In this document: positions 34,088 through 43,882 of the stretch, one piece after another
Numbering within the stretch: the stretch's first letter is position 1
Layout of the letters: every line of letters starts with the position of its first letter
NCBI GenBank assembly: GCA_029260715.1
Contig: JAJDCS010000008.1
Coordinates: 59,983 to 123,982 of the forward strand
Direction of reading: 5' to 3'
DNA from: Phycisphaeraceae bacterium
GTDB taxonomy: Bacteria > Planctomycetota > Phycisphaerae > Phycisphaerales > Phycisphaeraceae
Length of the DNA: 64,000 nt
Notes under the pieces: model-generated
The model's database searches: none
Seen by the model: only the letters and a program-made list of their open reading frames with translations
What the model was told of the DNA's origin: nothing
Position numbers and translations under genes: made by a program

Positions 34088-36091
34088 TTACGCCGTGCCG
34101 GTCAGGTGTCTGACCGTATGGTCAAAGTCGCGCACCATGGTCTGTAGCATCAGGTAAACGACGGCGCTGTAGCCCGCTCCGGCGATCGTCGCTCCCAAGG
34201 CTACGCTAAGTCTGCCAAACGTTGGGTCTTCGCCAAAGCCGGCGATCTGTTGCCAGGGGTCGATGAGTGTGACCAGGCTTGTCACGGGGCTAAAGGCGTT
34301 GAGGATCGTGCCCAAGAGCGGGACGGTGCCGGCTGCGTTGTACCCGCACAAGCCCATGACCACGCCCAGGCACGCGATCACGCCCAGCGACGGTGCCACG
34401 GCGCCCAGCACGCTCTTGGTCTTGAGGCTCCACCACAGCCCGACCGCTACGCACAGCGCTGTGAACGGCAGCAACGCCGCGAGCCACAGCAGCGGCGCTT
34501 CGGGCACAACGACGGGCACCGGGATGGTCGCGATCATGCCTTGGGCGTTGACAAGCGTGAACGGCACGCGAGCCGGGGCAACTTCTAAGTAGCTGCCGAT
34601 CAGCGTGTAGACGCTGACCATGCCCAGCGTGATCACCGGGACAGCCACGAGCACCGCCAGGAACGCGACCAGGCCTTGGAGCTTGCCCCACAGGTATTGC
34701 CGCGGTGTGATCAGCGTTGTTAATAGCAGGTCGAGCGTGCCCTCTTCGCGTTCACGGCTAACACTGCCGGCGCTTATATAGATCGCTACAAGTGTGACGA
34801 CAGCCAACTCAACCATCAGCAGCCCCAAGAGCGCTAAGCGGAAGACTTCGTACGGCTGGAGTTGCCCGCCGGTTTGCGGGTTAATCAGACGCGGCAAGCG
34901 GCCCGTGTGATAGGCAGCCAGCAGCGCGGCGGCGCCCGCGACCGCCAACGCCGCGAACCCCCACTTAATCAACGCCCACCAACCGCTGTGGTTGTTTCGA
35001 CGGGCCTCCCGCCACGCGACAGGGTTTTTTAGGCCTTCCAAGCGCCCCGCCTGGCTGCGGCTGTGTTTTGAAAACCACGCGCGTAAGTTCAACAACCGAC
35101 CGGGCGGGCGTCCACCCTCCCGGCCCCCCTGCCGCGATTGGCTGTGGTCCACCAGGCGCACGCCGACCGCCCCGAAAGCGATCAATACCCCGCTGACCGC
35201 CACGCTGATCGCGGTGAACGCCGCAAACGGTCTGCTGAGGTAGAACCTGGCCCAGGCGGGGTATTGGCCCAGCACGGCGGGGTCCGGCGGGCGGTAGGTG
35301 GCTTGGTACAGCGACGCTTCGAGCACCAGCAACGGGTGCAGCGGCGTGAGCCAGGTGGTGCCCTGGTTGAACGGCCCGGCCACCGGGGCCAGCCGCCGAA
35401 GCAATAGCGCGTCGAGCATGTAGCTTGCGATCAGCAACGCCCCCACCGTGATGACAAACACAAACACGGACTTCCGCCCCCCTCTCCGCCAGACCGACAG
35501 CGCCACCGCCACCGCCCCGACCGTTAACGCCGACACCCCCGCCACCGCGAAGCTGACGAACACCGCGCCGATCGGCACGCCCCCAAACAACAGCAGCACC
35601 GCGAACAACGGGAACCCGCTAGCCAGCAACGCCCATACAAAAAACAACCGCCCGCCCAACACGCCCAGCACGATTTGCAGGTTTGATAGCGGCGTGGTGA
35701 GCAGGATGTCGTACGTGCCGCCGATCTTCTCGCGTCCGATGGCACCGGCCATGAACATCGGCGCCAGCAGGCAGATCAGCACCACCTGGGCGTAGCTAAT
35801 GACGTGGAACACCTGCGTGCCCGCCTGGGCCAGCTCGGTCATACCGACTTGCCCGGTCACCCCCCCGCTGGTGAGCAGGCCGATCACGACCAAGCCGATC
35901 AGCGTGCCCAGGTAGGTGGTGCGCACCCAGAGGTGCCTTTGGCGACGCGACCCGCCCAAGACAATCGCCACCAGCACGGGGTTGCCCGGCAGCAAATACC
36001 ACAGCCATCGCAAGAGTGTCATCATCGGTATCAACAGCAGGATAGCGTCAAACGGTGCTCCGGAAGCATGATACCGCCGGGTGCCCGGCAC
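34088..36091 (-). CDS. Internally duplicated ABC-2-type transporter permease (about 12 TM)
   Basis: Two ABC-2 modules each start with NPV and carry the loop motif GAIGREKIGGTYDILLTTPLS / GSVSREREEGTLDLLLTTLIT. The real start may be the internal MMTLLRW (about 36025). Confidence 0.7.
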   Translation of the reverse strand: MPGTRRYHASGAPFDAILLLIPMMTLLRWLWYLLPGNPVLVAIVLGGSRRQRHLWVRTTYLGTLIGLVVIGLLTSGGVTGQVGMTELAQAGTQVFHVISYAQVVLICLLAPMFMAGAIGREKIGGTYDILLTTPLSNLQIVLGVLGGRLFFVWALLASGFPLFAVLLLFGGVPIGAVFVSFAVAGVSALTVGAVAVALSVWRRGGRKSVFVFVITVGALLIASYMLDALLLRRLAPVAGPFNQGTTWLTPLHPLLVLEASLYQATYRPPDPAVLGQYPAWARFYLSRPFAAFTAISVAVSGVLIAFGAVGVRLVDHSQSRQGGREGGRPPGRLLNLRAWFSKHSRSQAGRLEGLKNPVAWREARRNNHSGWWALIKWGFAALAVAGAAALLAAYHTGRLPRLINPQTGGQLQPYEVFRLALLGLLMVELAVVTLVAIYISAGSVSREREEGTLDLLLTTLITPRQYLWGKLQGLVAFLAVLVAVPVITLGMVSVYTLIGSYLEVAPARVPFTLVNAQGMIATIPVPVVVPEAPLLWLAALLPFTALCVAVGLWWSLKTKSVLGAVAPSLGVIACLGVVMGLCGYNAAGTVPLLGTILNAFSPVTSLVTLIDPWQQIAGFGEDPTFGRLSVALGATIAGAGYSAVVYLMLQTMVRDFDHTVRHLTGTA

Positions 36092-36146
36092 CGCCTTATT
36101 TTCAAGGGGCCGCGAACCGGCGGGCAGGTCTCTATACTATGTCCCC

Positions 36147-36893
36147 ATGTTCATTCTCAAAGCCCACGATTTGGTCAAGCGGTACAGCGGTCGGACCGTG
36201 GTGGACCACGTCAGCTTCGACGTGGCGGAGGGTGAGATCGTGGGCTTGCTGGGCCGCAACGGCGCGGGCAAGACGACCAGCTTCCGCATGACCGTGGGCA
36301 TGATCACGCCCGACATGGGCCAGGTGGTGTTCAACGGGCAGGACGTCAGCCGGCTGCCCATGTACCAGCGGGCCAAGCGCGGCATGGGGTATCTATCGCA
36401 AGAGCCCAGCGTGTTCGGGCGGCTGACCGTTGAAGACAACCTCAACGCGATCCTGGAAACCCGCCCGCTGACCCGGTCGCAGCGCAAGAAGCGGGCGGGC
36501 GAGTTGATGGCCCAGTTCGACTTGGCCAAGCTGCGTCGGCAGCAGGCGCGCACGCTCTCGGGCGGCGAGCGGCGGAAGCTGGAAATCGCCAGGGCGCTGA
36601 TCTCCGACCCGACGCTGATCCTGCTTGACGAGCCGTTCTCCGGCGTGGACCCCGTGGCGGTTGAGGAACTCCAAGCCGAGGTCCGCCGCCTGCGCCAGGA
36701 GCACCACATCGCCATGCTCATCACCGACCACAACGTCCAACGCACGCTGGAGATCGCCGACCGCGCGTACGTGGTTTTCGAGGGCAAGGTTTTCGCAGAG
36801 GGCACGCCCAAGCAGATTATCAACAACGACCAGGTGCGCAAGCTCTACCTGGGCTCAACGTTCCGCGGGGACGAGTTTGACGACAACACCTAA
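36147..36893 (+). CDS. lptB: LPS export ABC transporter ATP-binding protein
   Basis: Walker A GRNGAGKTT, signature LSGGERRKLEIARAL and Walker B ILLDEPFSGVDP. LptB-specific ITDHNVQRTL and VRKLYLGSTFR. The ORF track begins at 36081. Confidence 0.9.
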   Translation: MFILKAHDLVKRYSGRTVVDHVSFDVAEGEIVGLLGRNGAGKTTSFRMTVGMITPDMGQVVFNGQDVSRLPMYQRAKRGMGYLSQEPSVFGRLTVEDNLNAILETRPLTRSQRKKRAGELMAQFDLAKLRRQQARTLSGGERRKLEIARALISDPTLILLDEPFSGVDPVAVEELQAEVRRLRQEHHIAMLITDHNVQRTLEIADRAYVVFEGKVFAEGTPKQIINNDQVRKLYLGSTFRGDEFDDNT

Positions 36894-36942
36894 CCGCGTA
36901 CACAAGAAGGCCGCGCCGCTACGAGTCGCGCTACAATTACCC

Positions 36943-37872
36943 ATGACTCCGCGTACCCCCCCCACCGCCCCGCCCGCTGACACTTCTTCAAGTGACGGCC
37001 CAGCCCCGCCGCCGCCGCCCGGCCACGAGCCGCGTGGTGAGCGTCTGCACAAGGTGCTGGCCGAGGCGGGCGTCGCGTCGCGCCGCCACAGTGAGCAGTT
37101 GATCACCGAAGGCCGAGTGACCGTCAACGGCCAATTGGTGACGACCCTGCCGGCTTGGGTGGACCCGCAGGCAGACCGCATCAAAGTCGACGGCCGACCC
37201 ATCGCTGGCCGCACGAAACAGCACAAGACATACGTCATCGTGAACAAGCCCCGCCGGGTGGTTTCGACGAGCCACGACCCGGAGGGCAGGCCCTGCGTGA
37301 CGGAGCTGGTGCCGCAGTCGGCGCGGCTGTTCCCCGTGGGCAGGCTCGACGCGGAATCGACCGGGTTGATGCTGCTGACCAACGACGGCGACTTGGCGCA
37401 ACGCCTCACACACCCGCGCTACGAGGTGCCCAAGCAGTACAACGTATCGGTGCGCGGGCATGTGACGGAGGCCGACCTGCGGAACCTCAAAGAAGGCATC
37501 CACCTGGCCCACCTCCGCTCGATACCCAGAGGCAGGGCGGTCCAAACCAAGATCGCGTCGGTGGCGCAGGTGAAGATCATCGGGTATGGCCGGGCCCAGT
37601 CGCGCGGCGACCGCACGAACCTTCTCATCACCTTGCGTGAGGGGCAGAACCGCGAGATCCGCCGGATGCTCGCCAGGCTTGGCTACAAGGTCCGCCGGCT
37701 GGAGCGCGTCGCGATCGGCCCGATCCAAGTCAAAGGCTTGGGCGCCGGGCAGTGGCGGGCACTCACAACGGTGGAAGTGAACATGCTAAAAAGAGCGGCC
37801 GGGCTTGGATCGCCCCCGCCGCAAAGTCGCGGTGATCAGCGGTATCGGAAACCGGGCTTGAGAAGGAGGTAG
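36943..37872 (+). CDS. rluB: Pseudouridine synthase, RsuA/RluB family, with an S4 domain
   Basis: S4 domain (RLHKVLAEAGVASRRHSEQLITEGRVTVNG) and catalytic motif VGRLDAESTGLMLLTNDGDL. P-rich N-terminus and basic C-tail. The ORF-track 5' part (36625-36942) overlaps lptB and is rejected. Confidence 0.85.
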   Translation: MTPRTPPTAPPADTSSSDGPAPPPPPGHEPRGERLHKVLAEAGVASRRHSEQLITEGRVTVNGQLVTTLPAWVDPQADRIKVDGRPIAGRTKQHKTYVIVNKPRRVVSTSHDPEGRPCVTELVPQSARLFPVGRLDAESTGLMLLTNDGDLAQRLTHPRYEVPKQYNVSVRGHVTEADLRNLKEGIHLAHLRSIPRGRAVQTKIASVAQVKIIGYGRAQSRGDRTNLLITLREGQNREIRRMLARLGYKVRRLERVAIGPIQVKGLGAGQWRALTTVEVNMLKRAAGLGSPPPQSRGDQRYRKPGLRRR

Positions 37873-37887
37873 GCCCGCTACCGCATT

Positions 37888-39666
37888 TCACGCGGCGCGA
37901 TCCTCGGTTTCATCGTCATCATCATCTTCTTCATCGATAGCCTGGCCTAACACGGCGTCTTCTTCAAGCTCGATTTGCTCGTCGTCTGCATCGTCGTCGT
38001 CACCGGGCGTGTCAGGGTCATCTTCTTCGTCTGGTTCATCGCCGCTTTGAGAAGGGTCGCTGTCTAGCCCGGCCGGTCCGGTGGGCCACAACTCCGGGTC
38101 ATCAAGCTGGTCCAACTCCGGGATCGCCTCGCGGTCGAAGACACGGATCGACCGTGCCAGCCACCAGCGCAGCACAGCCGCGATGATGGCGACGGCGGTT
38201 GTGGAAATCCCCAGTGTGAGGGCCGAGGCAACCAACCGCCTGTCTTCCACCGGATCGGGGTCAACGGCCGCGTCGCGGTGGGTGCGCATGGAGTTGGGTC
38301 GGCCGGCGATGCGGTCTTCGGCGACGTGGTGGTTCACAAACGCCCGCCCCAGGGCGTTGAGCACGTCGACCGCCAGCTTGGGGTTGGTGTGGCGGAACTC
38401 GATCAAGATCCGCCCGGGTGATACCAACTCTAGGGCCATGCCCTGGCTTAACGCGTCGCGCATGGCTGCGACGTTGTCGAAAATCATCCCACCACGCTGG
38501 GCAGCCAACCGGATCGCCTCTTCAAGCAAATCATCGCCGACCAGCATCTGGTGGGTGTTTGTTAGCCAGTTCGTGCCGTAGCTTGATTCGTCGAACACCG
38601 AGGCGGACACGCCTACCACCGTGGTCGCCCGCCAGACCGGGTGGGCGATGCGCTGGCCTACGCTGTAGCTGAACAGCAAGAGGAACAGCAAACACGACAC
38701 CGCCCCGCCCACAAGCCCCACCCCGCGGTGGGTCGACCAGCGTCGGACCATCTCTTCTTCAACGGTAGGCAAGTAGCGCGCCGCTTCAACGACGACCTCC
38801 CGCTGCTCCAACAGCTCCGCGTATTGATGACGCGCCAAGTCGATCACGGCTTCATCGGCTTTGAGTTCCTCGTAGCGTTGCCGGAACTGCTGCTCGATCT
38901 CGGTGGTATTGGCGTTGCTTGGTGCCTGGGGTTGGTGTCGAGCCGTCTGGGTGAGCCGCTGCTGCTCAAGTTCAAGACGCTGCTTATCAAAGGCGCGGCG
39001 CTGCTTCTCGAAAGCAGCCATCTTCTGCTTGAGCTTCTCGTAAGCCTGCTCGATTTGGCGCTTCTGTACCTGAAGCCGACGCTTCTGCTGATCGATCTCA
39101 GCTTGGTCGTTCTGTGACGCCGCAGGTGCGGCGTTGGGATTGATTGCGCCGGCGCCGAGTGTGTCGCCGGGCGGCTGTTGCTGCCGGGCCTTGGCAAGTT
39201 GCGCTTTTTCTTTAGCCAGCGCCTGGCGTTGTTGCTCGAGGGCTTTGCTCTGCTGGTCCAGCCTCACTTTGAGATTGGTCAGGTCCGCGCGTTCCATCTC
39301 CAAAGCGGCCGCGTCGTTTTCGATGCGCTCCTGCCTGGCGTCGAGCGCGTTGGTGTGGTCGTCAACCCAGTCCTGGGTCCGCTGTACCTGTGAATCCACG
39401 GGTTGCGAGGGTGACGCCTGTGTCGGCGGCGCGGGCCGGGGAGGCTTCGGCGCGGCGGCGGCGGTGCGCTTTTTCTTAGGCGGTGGCGGCTTTTTTTTCG
39501 CGGCAGGCGGGTCGGAGTGCTCGTGCTTAAGATGGGTGATATAAGCGTCCATCTCGTTAAGCAGGTCCATGGCTTGGTCGGCGTCGAGAGATGAGTCGCT
39601 GGGGAGTGAGCCGGGCGATTCACGGCCGGAGCCCGGCGATGGCTGGTTAGCGTCGTCCTCGGTCAT
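37888..39666 (-). CDS. Membrane protein with a long Q/E/K-rich N-terminal coiled coil, a Wzz/chain-length-determinant-like loop between two TMs, and a poly-acidic tail
   Basis: A heptad-rich region spans about aa 100-300. TM1 is GLVGGAVSCLLFLLLFSYSV. A Wzz-like block reads GRILIEFRHTNPKLAVDVLNALGRAFVNHHV. TM2 is LTLGISTTAVAIIAAVLRWWL. The C-terminus is D/E-rich. Confidence 0.45.
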   Translation of the reverse strand: MTEDDANQPSPGSGRESPGSLPSDSSLDADQAMDLLNEMDAYITHLKHEHSDPPAAKKKPPPPKKKRTAAAAPKPPRPAPPTQASPSQPVDSQVQRTQDWVDDHTNALDARQERIENDAAALEMERADLTNLKVRLDQQSKALEQQRQALAKEKAQLAKARQQQPPGDTLGAGAINPNAAPAASQNDQAEIDQQKRRLQVQKRQIEQAYEKLKQKMAAFEKQRRAFDKQRLELEQQRLTQTARHQPQAPSNANTTEIEQQFRQRYEELKADEAVIDLARHQYAELLEQREVVVEAARYLPTVEEEMVRRWSTHRGVGLVGGAVSCLLFLLLFSYSVGQRIAHPVWRATTVVGVSASVFDESSYGTNWLTNTHQMLVGDDLLEEAIRLAAQRGGMIFDNVAAMRDALSQGMALELVSPGRILIEFRHTNPKLAVDVLNALGRAFVNHHVAEDRIAGRPNSMRTHRDAAVDPDPVEDRRLVASALTLGISTTAVAIIAAVLRWWLARSIRVFDREAIPELDQLDDPELWPTGPAGLDSDPSQSGDEPDEEDDPDTPGDDDDADDEQIELEEDAVLGQAIDEEDDDDDETEDRAA

Positions 39667-39795
39667 GTGCGGTTTCCTGGACCGGGGCGCGCCGCCCTGA
39701 TGGTTTTATCGGGCAAGTGCCGCTGCGACCTAAGCTAAGGCGAATCAGTTATTCGGCGGGTATGATGGTTCTCGGATGACAAAAGGACACCTGAC

Positions 39796-40347
39796 ATGAG
39801 TCAAAAGCTGACGCCCGGTAATAAAGCCCCTGACTTTGAACTGCCCAGCACGGACGGCGGCACCGTCCACCTTGCCACGCAGTTAGCACAACACCCCGCC
39901 ACCGTGGTGATGTTTCTCTGCAACCACTGCCCGTATGTGAAGGCGTATATCCCACGGCTGATCGAGCTTCAGGGTGAGCTAATTGACGCAGCCAGCCAGC
40001 CCACGGCCCGCCTTATCGGCATCTGCTCGAACGACGCCCATACTTACCCCGAAGACAGCTTCGAAAACATGAAAACTTTCGCCCAAGAGTGGGGCCTGAA
40101 CTTCCCGTACCTGCGCGACGAGGATCAATCCGTCGCACGGGCATACAACGCCCAACGCACGCCCGATATTTTTGCGCTCGATGGCCAGGGCATCTGCCGG
40201 TACGAGGGCGGCATCGACGACAACTACCAAGACCCCGCCAAGGTCACGCAGCGCCCGCTGCGCGACGCCGTCCTGGCGGTCATCGAAGGACGGCCGGTCG
40301 TGCAGCCGCAGACCTACGCCATCGGCTGCACGATCAAATGGCGGTAA
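39796..40347 (+). CDS. Thioredoxin-fold (redoxin/AhpC-TSA-like) protein
   Basis: APDFELPSTDGGTVHL and a CxxC in FLCNHCPYV. Confidence 0.7.
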   Translation: MSQKLTPGNKAPDFELPSTDGGTVHLATQLAQHPATVVMFLCNHCPYVKAYIPRLIELQGELIDAASQPTARLIGICSNDAHTYPEDSFENMKTFAQEWGLNFPYLRDEDQSVARAYNAQRTPDIFALDGQGICRYEGGIDDNYQDPAKVTQRPLRDAVLAVIEGRPVVQPQTYAIGCTIKWR

Positions 40348-40385
40348 CGCCGGGGCGTGCCGCTTTGCTTAAACAACAGTTGTGA

Positions 40386-41150
40386 TTAATCCAGCCCGCC
40401 GTTGTTCTTGGGCGGGTGTGTGCGTTGAACGCTCTCCCACCCCCGGCAGTGGGGCAGCCCCAGCGACTGGGCTTCATGCACCAAGCCCACCAGGTCCACC
40501 ACATGGTCGGCGTTTAGCTTCCTCATAATGTGCGTGCGGTGCACCTCGACGGTCTTGTAGCTGATCCCCAGCGTATCGCCGGCGGCCCGGTTGCTGCTGC
40601 CCTGCACCACCAACGCCAGCACCTCGTGCTCACGGGCGGTGAGCTTGTCGAACAGATTTTTCAGTTCCAAACAGCGGGAGCCCCGCTTGCGGAGCTGGGC
40701 GTCGTAGTCCAGCGCCCGCACGACGCTGGCCAAAAGTGTCTTGGTGTCGAACGGTTTTTCAACAAAGTCGAAAGCCCCGTGCTTCATCGCCTCCACGGCG
40801 ACGGACACCTCCCCGTGCGCGGTCAGGAAGATAATCGGTATCTCAATCTCACAGCGGTTGAGCGTGCCCTGCAGCTCCAGCCCGTTCATGCCGGGCATGC
40901 GCACGTCGAGCACCAGGCACCCCGGTTCGCAAGTTTTGTATGCCTGCAAAAAATCGCCAGCGGAATGAAACACCCGCACGCGGTAGCCCGCCATTTCGAT
41001 CGTCCACGCGATAGCTTTGCAAACACCCTCGTCGTTGTCCACCACAAACACGCAAGGTGCTTTGGCGGGTGGATCAGCGTCCGACCTGTTTGAGGCGGTG
41101 TTGTCGGTGTCTGTGATAGACCCTTGGCCGAGAGTTTCCCTGTTGTGCAT
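40386..41150 (-). CDS. FixJ/NarL-type response regulator (REC + LuxR HTH)
   Basis: VFVVDNDEG...LVLDVRMPGMNGLEL...IIFLTAHG, and an HTH LTAREHEVLALVVQGSSNRAAGDTLGISYKTVEVHRTHIMRKL. Confidence 0.9.
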   Translation of the reverse strand: MHNRETLGQGSITDTDNTASNRSDADPPAKAPCVFVVDNDEGVCKAIAWTIEMAGYRVRVFHSAGDFLQAYKTCEPGCLVLDVRMPGMNGLELQGTLNRCEIEIPIIFLTAHGEVSVAVEAMKHGAFDFVEKPFDTKTLLASVVRALDYDAQLRKRGSRCLELKNLFDKLTAREHEVLALVVQGSSNRAAGDTLGISYKTVEVHRTHIMRKLNADHVVDLVGLVHEAQSLGLPHCRGWESVQRTHPPKNNGGLD

Positions 41151-41262
41151 GAGTATCCCCTGTCTTGTTTATGAGTGAACCCGGAACAACCCCCGAACGC
41201 CGCCGATGGGCATTGGCGTTATTGTATTTTGTGTAACTATCATCGGCATACCTGCTTTATGG

Positions 41263-43605
41263 TCAGCACACATTTTCAATCGGCAGCGTGAAGCTGAACG
41301 TCATGCCGCAGGTGTCGTTAGCCGTTGCCCACAGCCTGCCGCGGTGGGCCTCGATGATCGACCGGCTGATCGACAGCCCCACGCCCACCCCGTCAATTTT
41401 TGTGGTGTACAACGGCCGGAACAGGTCCTCTAGCTGCCCCGTCTCGATCCCACGCCCGTTGTCCCGCACCGAAACTTCTATCTCACCAACCTCATCAACC
41501 AGCCGCGTGCGTATCACGATCTCATGCGGCGGGTGGTGATCGTCGTCGGCGCCCGCTTGGCCGTTCATCGCCTCGATACCGTTACTAAGGAAATTGTGAA
41601 GGACCTGCTCGATCTGGATCTTGTCGGCCATGACCAACGGCAAGCCGGCGCTCAACTCCGCGCGTATGTCCACGCTTTTGTGGCGGGCGTGGTGCAAAAT
41701 CAAACTCAGGGCGTTGTGGACAACGTCGTTTAGCTGCGTCTCGATCCGTTTGGGCTCACGCTTGCGGACGAGGCTTTTGAGCCGGTGGATAATCATGCAT
41801 GCACGGTCGCACGCCTGTGAAGATTCTTGCATCGCCGTGGCCAGACGGTCCTTGTCCCACACGCCGTTCTGGATCATGTTGAGGCTGGTCTGGTTGTACG
41901 TCTTGACCACGGTCAGCGGCTGATTGATTTCGTGGGCCAACCCCGACGCCAGCTCACCCATCGACACCACGCGTGAGATACGGGCGGCCTCTTCAAGGTG
42001 CCGGCGGTTGCGGTCTTCCAGCTCCACGCGTTGGGTGATGTCTCGCAAGATCGAGACCCAGTGTGTGATGCGCCCGCTGGCGTCGCGGACAGGGTCCTTA
42101 CGCCACTCCACGAGGAAGTCGCTGCCGTCTTTTCTATAGCCGGTCATCTCACTGCTAAACGACCGGCCCTGTTGCCGGCTGCTGAGTATGCGGTCGAATA
42201 CCGTCGGGTCTGTTTTGGGGCCGCTCAACAGCTTGAGCGTCTTCCCGATCGCTTCATCGGGTGGGTAGCCTGTCATCTGAGAAAAGGCGGTGTTGACGTA
42301 TTCGATGCGAGGGTCTTGGCTATCAGCATCGACCGCGGTAATCGCCACCGCATCGAATGCGTGCTCCACAGCTGACTTGACCAGCCGCAGCTGCTGCTCG
42401 GATTTAACACGCTTGGTCACGTCTTGGAAAAAAATCGATATGCCGTCCTGGGCGGGGTAGATCCTGTTTTCAAACCAGCGGTCCCAGGGCTCGTACCACT
42501 CTTCGAGTTGGACGAATACCTGCTCGCGCATGGCCTTTTCGTAGGCCCGGTGGAACGGCTGACCGACGCCTTCTGGGAATACAGTCCAGATGTGTTTGCC
42601 CATCAGGTCTTCGGGCGTGCGGCCGAAGGCCTGGGCGGCTTTCTCGTTGACGTACGTGTACCGCCAGTCGGTGTCCAACGCCACGAAAGCGTCGGTCACG
42701 CGCTCAAAGATGGAAAAAATCTGCTGTTTGGTCTGCTCGGCTTCGGCGCGGTGCCGCTTCTCTAGCGTCAGTAATTTATTGTGGTTTTCTTCAGTTTGCT
42801 TGGTTTTTGTGATGTCGATGACCAACGCAAACAAACCTTCAACGCGTCCGCCCGGCCCCGCATCGGGGATTAGACTTGTCGACACCCAACGGGTTCCATT
42901 ACCTAACGTAGCGGGCAACTGAGTTTCAAACGCCGCACGCTCACCGGCAAACGCCTTTTCAAAATGTGGGCGGATGGTTTGGTAAGCGCCGTCGCCCAAC
43001 AGCTCACTGACGTGCATGCCAATAATGCGGTCTTTGGGGGCGCCAAATGCTTGGACGTACTTTTCATTGACGAACCGGTAGCGGTGATCTGCGCCCACGT
43101 AGCTGATGAACGCGGGTACGTTGTCGGTGATAATCCGCAACTCTGATTCGCTGCGGCGCATCGCCACCTCGATTTGCTTCCGCTCCGCCAGTTCCCGCTG
43201 AAGCGATACGTTGACGTCCTCTAATTCAGTGGTGCGTTGCTGGACTAAGCCTTCGAGCCGGCCGTAGGCCTCGCTGAGCCGCCGCTGGGCTTGATTGCGC
43301 TGATAGCCCAACATCGCGATCACCCAGATGGCAAAGACGGCCAGCCCACGGTTCGCCGCGACCGTCCAGTATTCACCCCCCACGGACGACAGTTCCCAAC
43401 CGGCTAATACAAACGCGGTGCTTATCAGCGCGACCAGCAAAATGAGCTTCGGACGCGACAACCACATCGCCACCAACACCGGGACGATATGCGGCACACC
43501 GGCGGCCACCCCTAAGGGAATACCCGTATCGATAGCAAGCACCCCGAGCCCGATGAGTACGGCTAGAACCAGTACCCGCGCGTCGTGTCTGGCGCGTTTC
43601 TGCAA
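41263..43605 (-). CDS. Membrane-anchored multi-PAS sensor histidine kinase (FixL-like)
   Basis: N-terminal TM region and at least three PAS-like modules. H-box ELASGLAHEINQPL and HATPase motifs (NFLSNGIEAM, DNGRGI, GVGVGLSISRSIIEAHRG). It lies upstream of the FixJ-type RR on the same strand. Confidence 0.9.
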   Translation of the reverse strand: MQKRARHDARVLVLAVLIGLGVLAIDTGIPLGVAAGVPHIVPVLVAMWLSRPKLILLVALISTAFVLAGWELSSVGGEYWTVAANRGLAVFAIWVIAMLGYQRNQAQRRLSEAYGRLEGLVQQRTTELEDVNVSLQRELAERKQIEVAMRRSESELRIITDNVPAFISYVGADHRYRFVNEKYVQAFGAPKDRIIGMHVSELLGDGAYQTIRPHFEKAFAGERAAFETQLPATLGNGTRWVSTSLIPDAGPGGRVEGLFALVIDITKTKQTEENHNKLLTLEKRHRAEAEQTKQQIFSIFERVTDAFVALDTDWRYTYVNEKAAQAFGRTPEDLMGKHIWTVFPEGVGQPFHRAYEKAMREQVFVQLEEWYEPWDRWFENRIYPAQDGISIFFQDVTKRVKSEQQLRLVKSAVEHAFDAVAITAVDADSQDPRIEYVNTAFSQMTGYPPDEAIGKTLKLLSGPKTDPTVFDRILSSRQQGRSFSSEMTGYRKDGSDFLVEWRKDPVRDASGRITHWVSILRDITQRVELEDRNRRHLEEAARISRVVSMGELASGLAHEINQPLTVVKTYNQTSLNMIQNGVWDKDRLATAMQESSQACDRACMIIHRLKSLVRKREPKRIETQLNDVVHNALSLILHHARHKSVDIRAELSAGLPLVMADKIQIEQVLHNFLSNGIEAMNGQAGADDDHHPPHEIVIRTRLVDEVGEIEVSVRDNGRGIETGQLEDLFRPLYTTKIDGVGVGLSISRSIIEAHRGRLWATANDTCGMTFSFTLPIENVC

Positions 43606-43882
43606 AATTGCGTCCCTTTTTATCCCTCATAAAATGAATTAGCGGCTCACTTCAAATCAACATAACGTTCATATCTAAACTATTTTACCACACAAATGTG
43701 TTGCGTTGTCGTTCGTTGTGTTCTCGTTCTATAACGCCCCGATCATCCCTATCATGACGGTTCAACGCATGACACAACTTCAGCATAGTCTCTAACAATG
43801 AATCGCTAAAGCGACACTATTGTATTATAGACCTAATTGTGATCTAATTATATTATAAGCCATCTTTTATCGATTTTGCATC

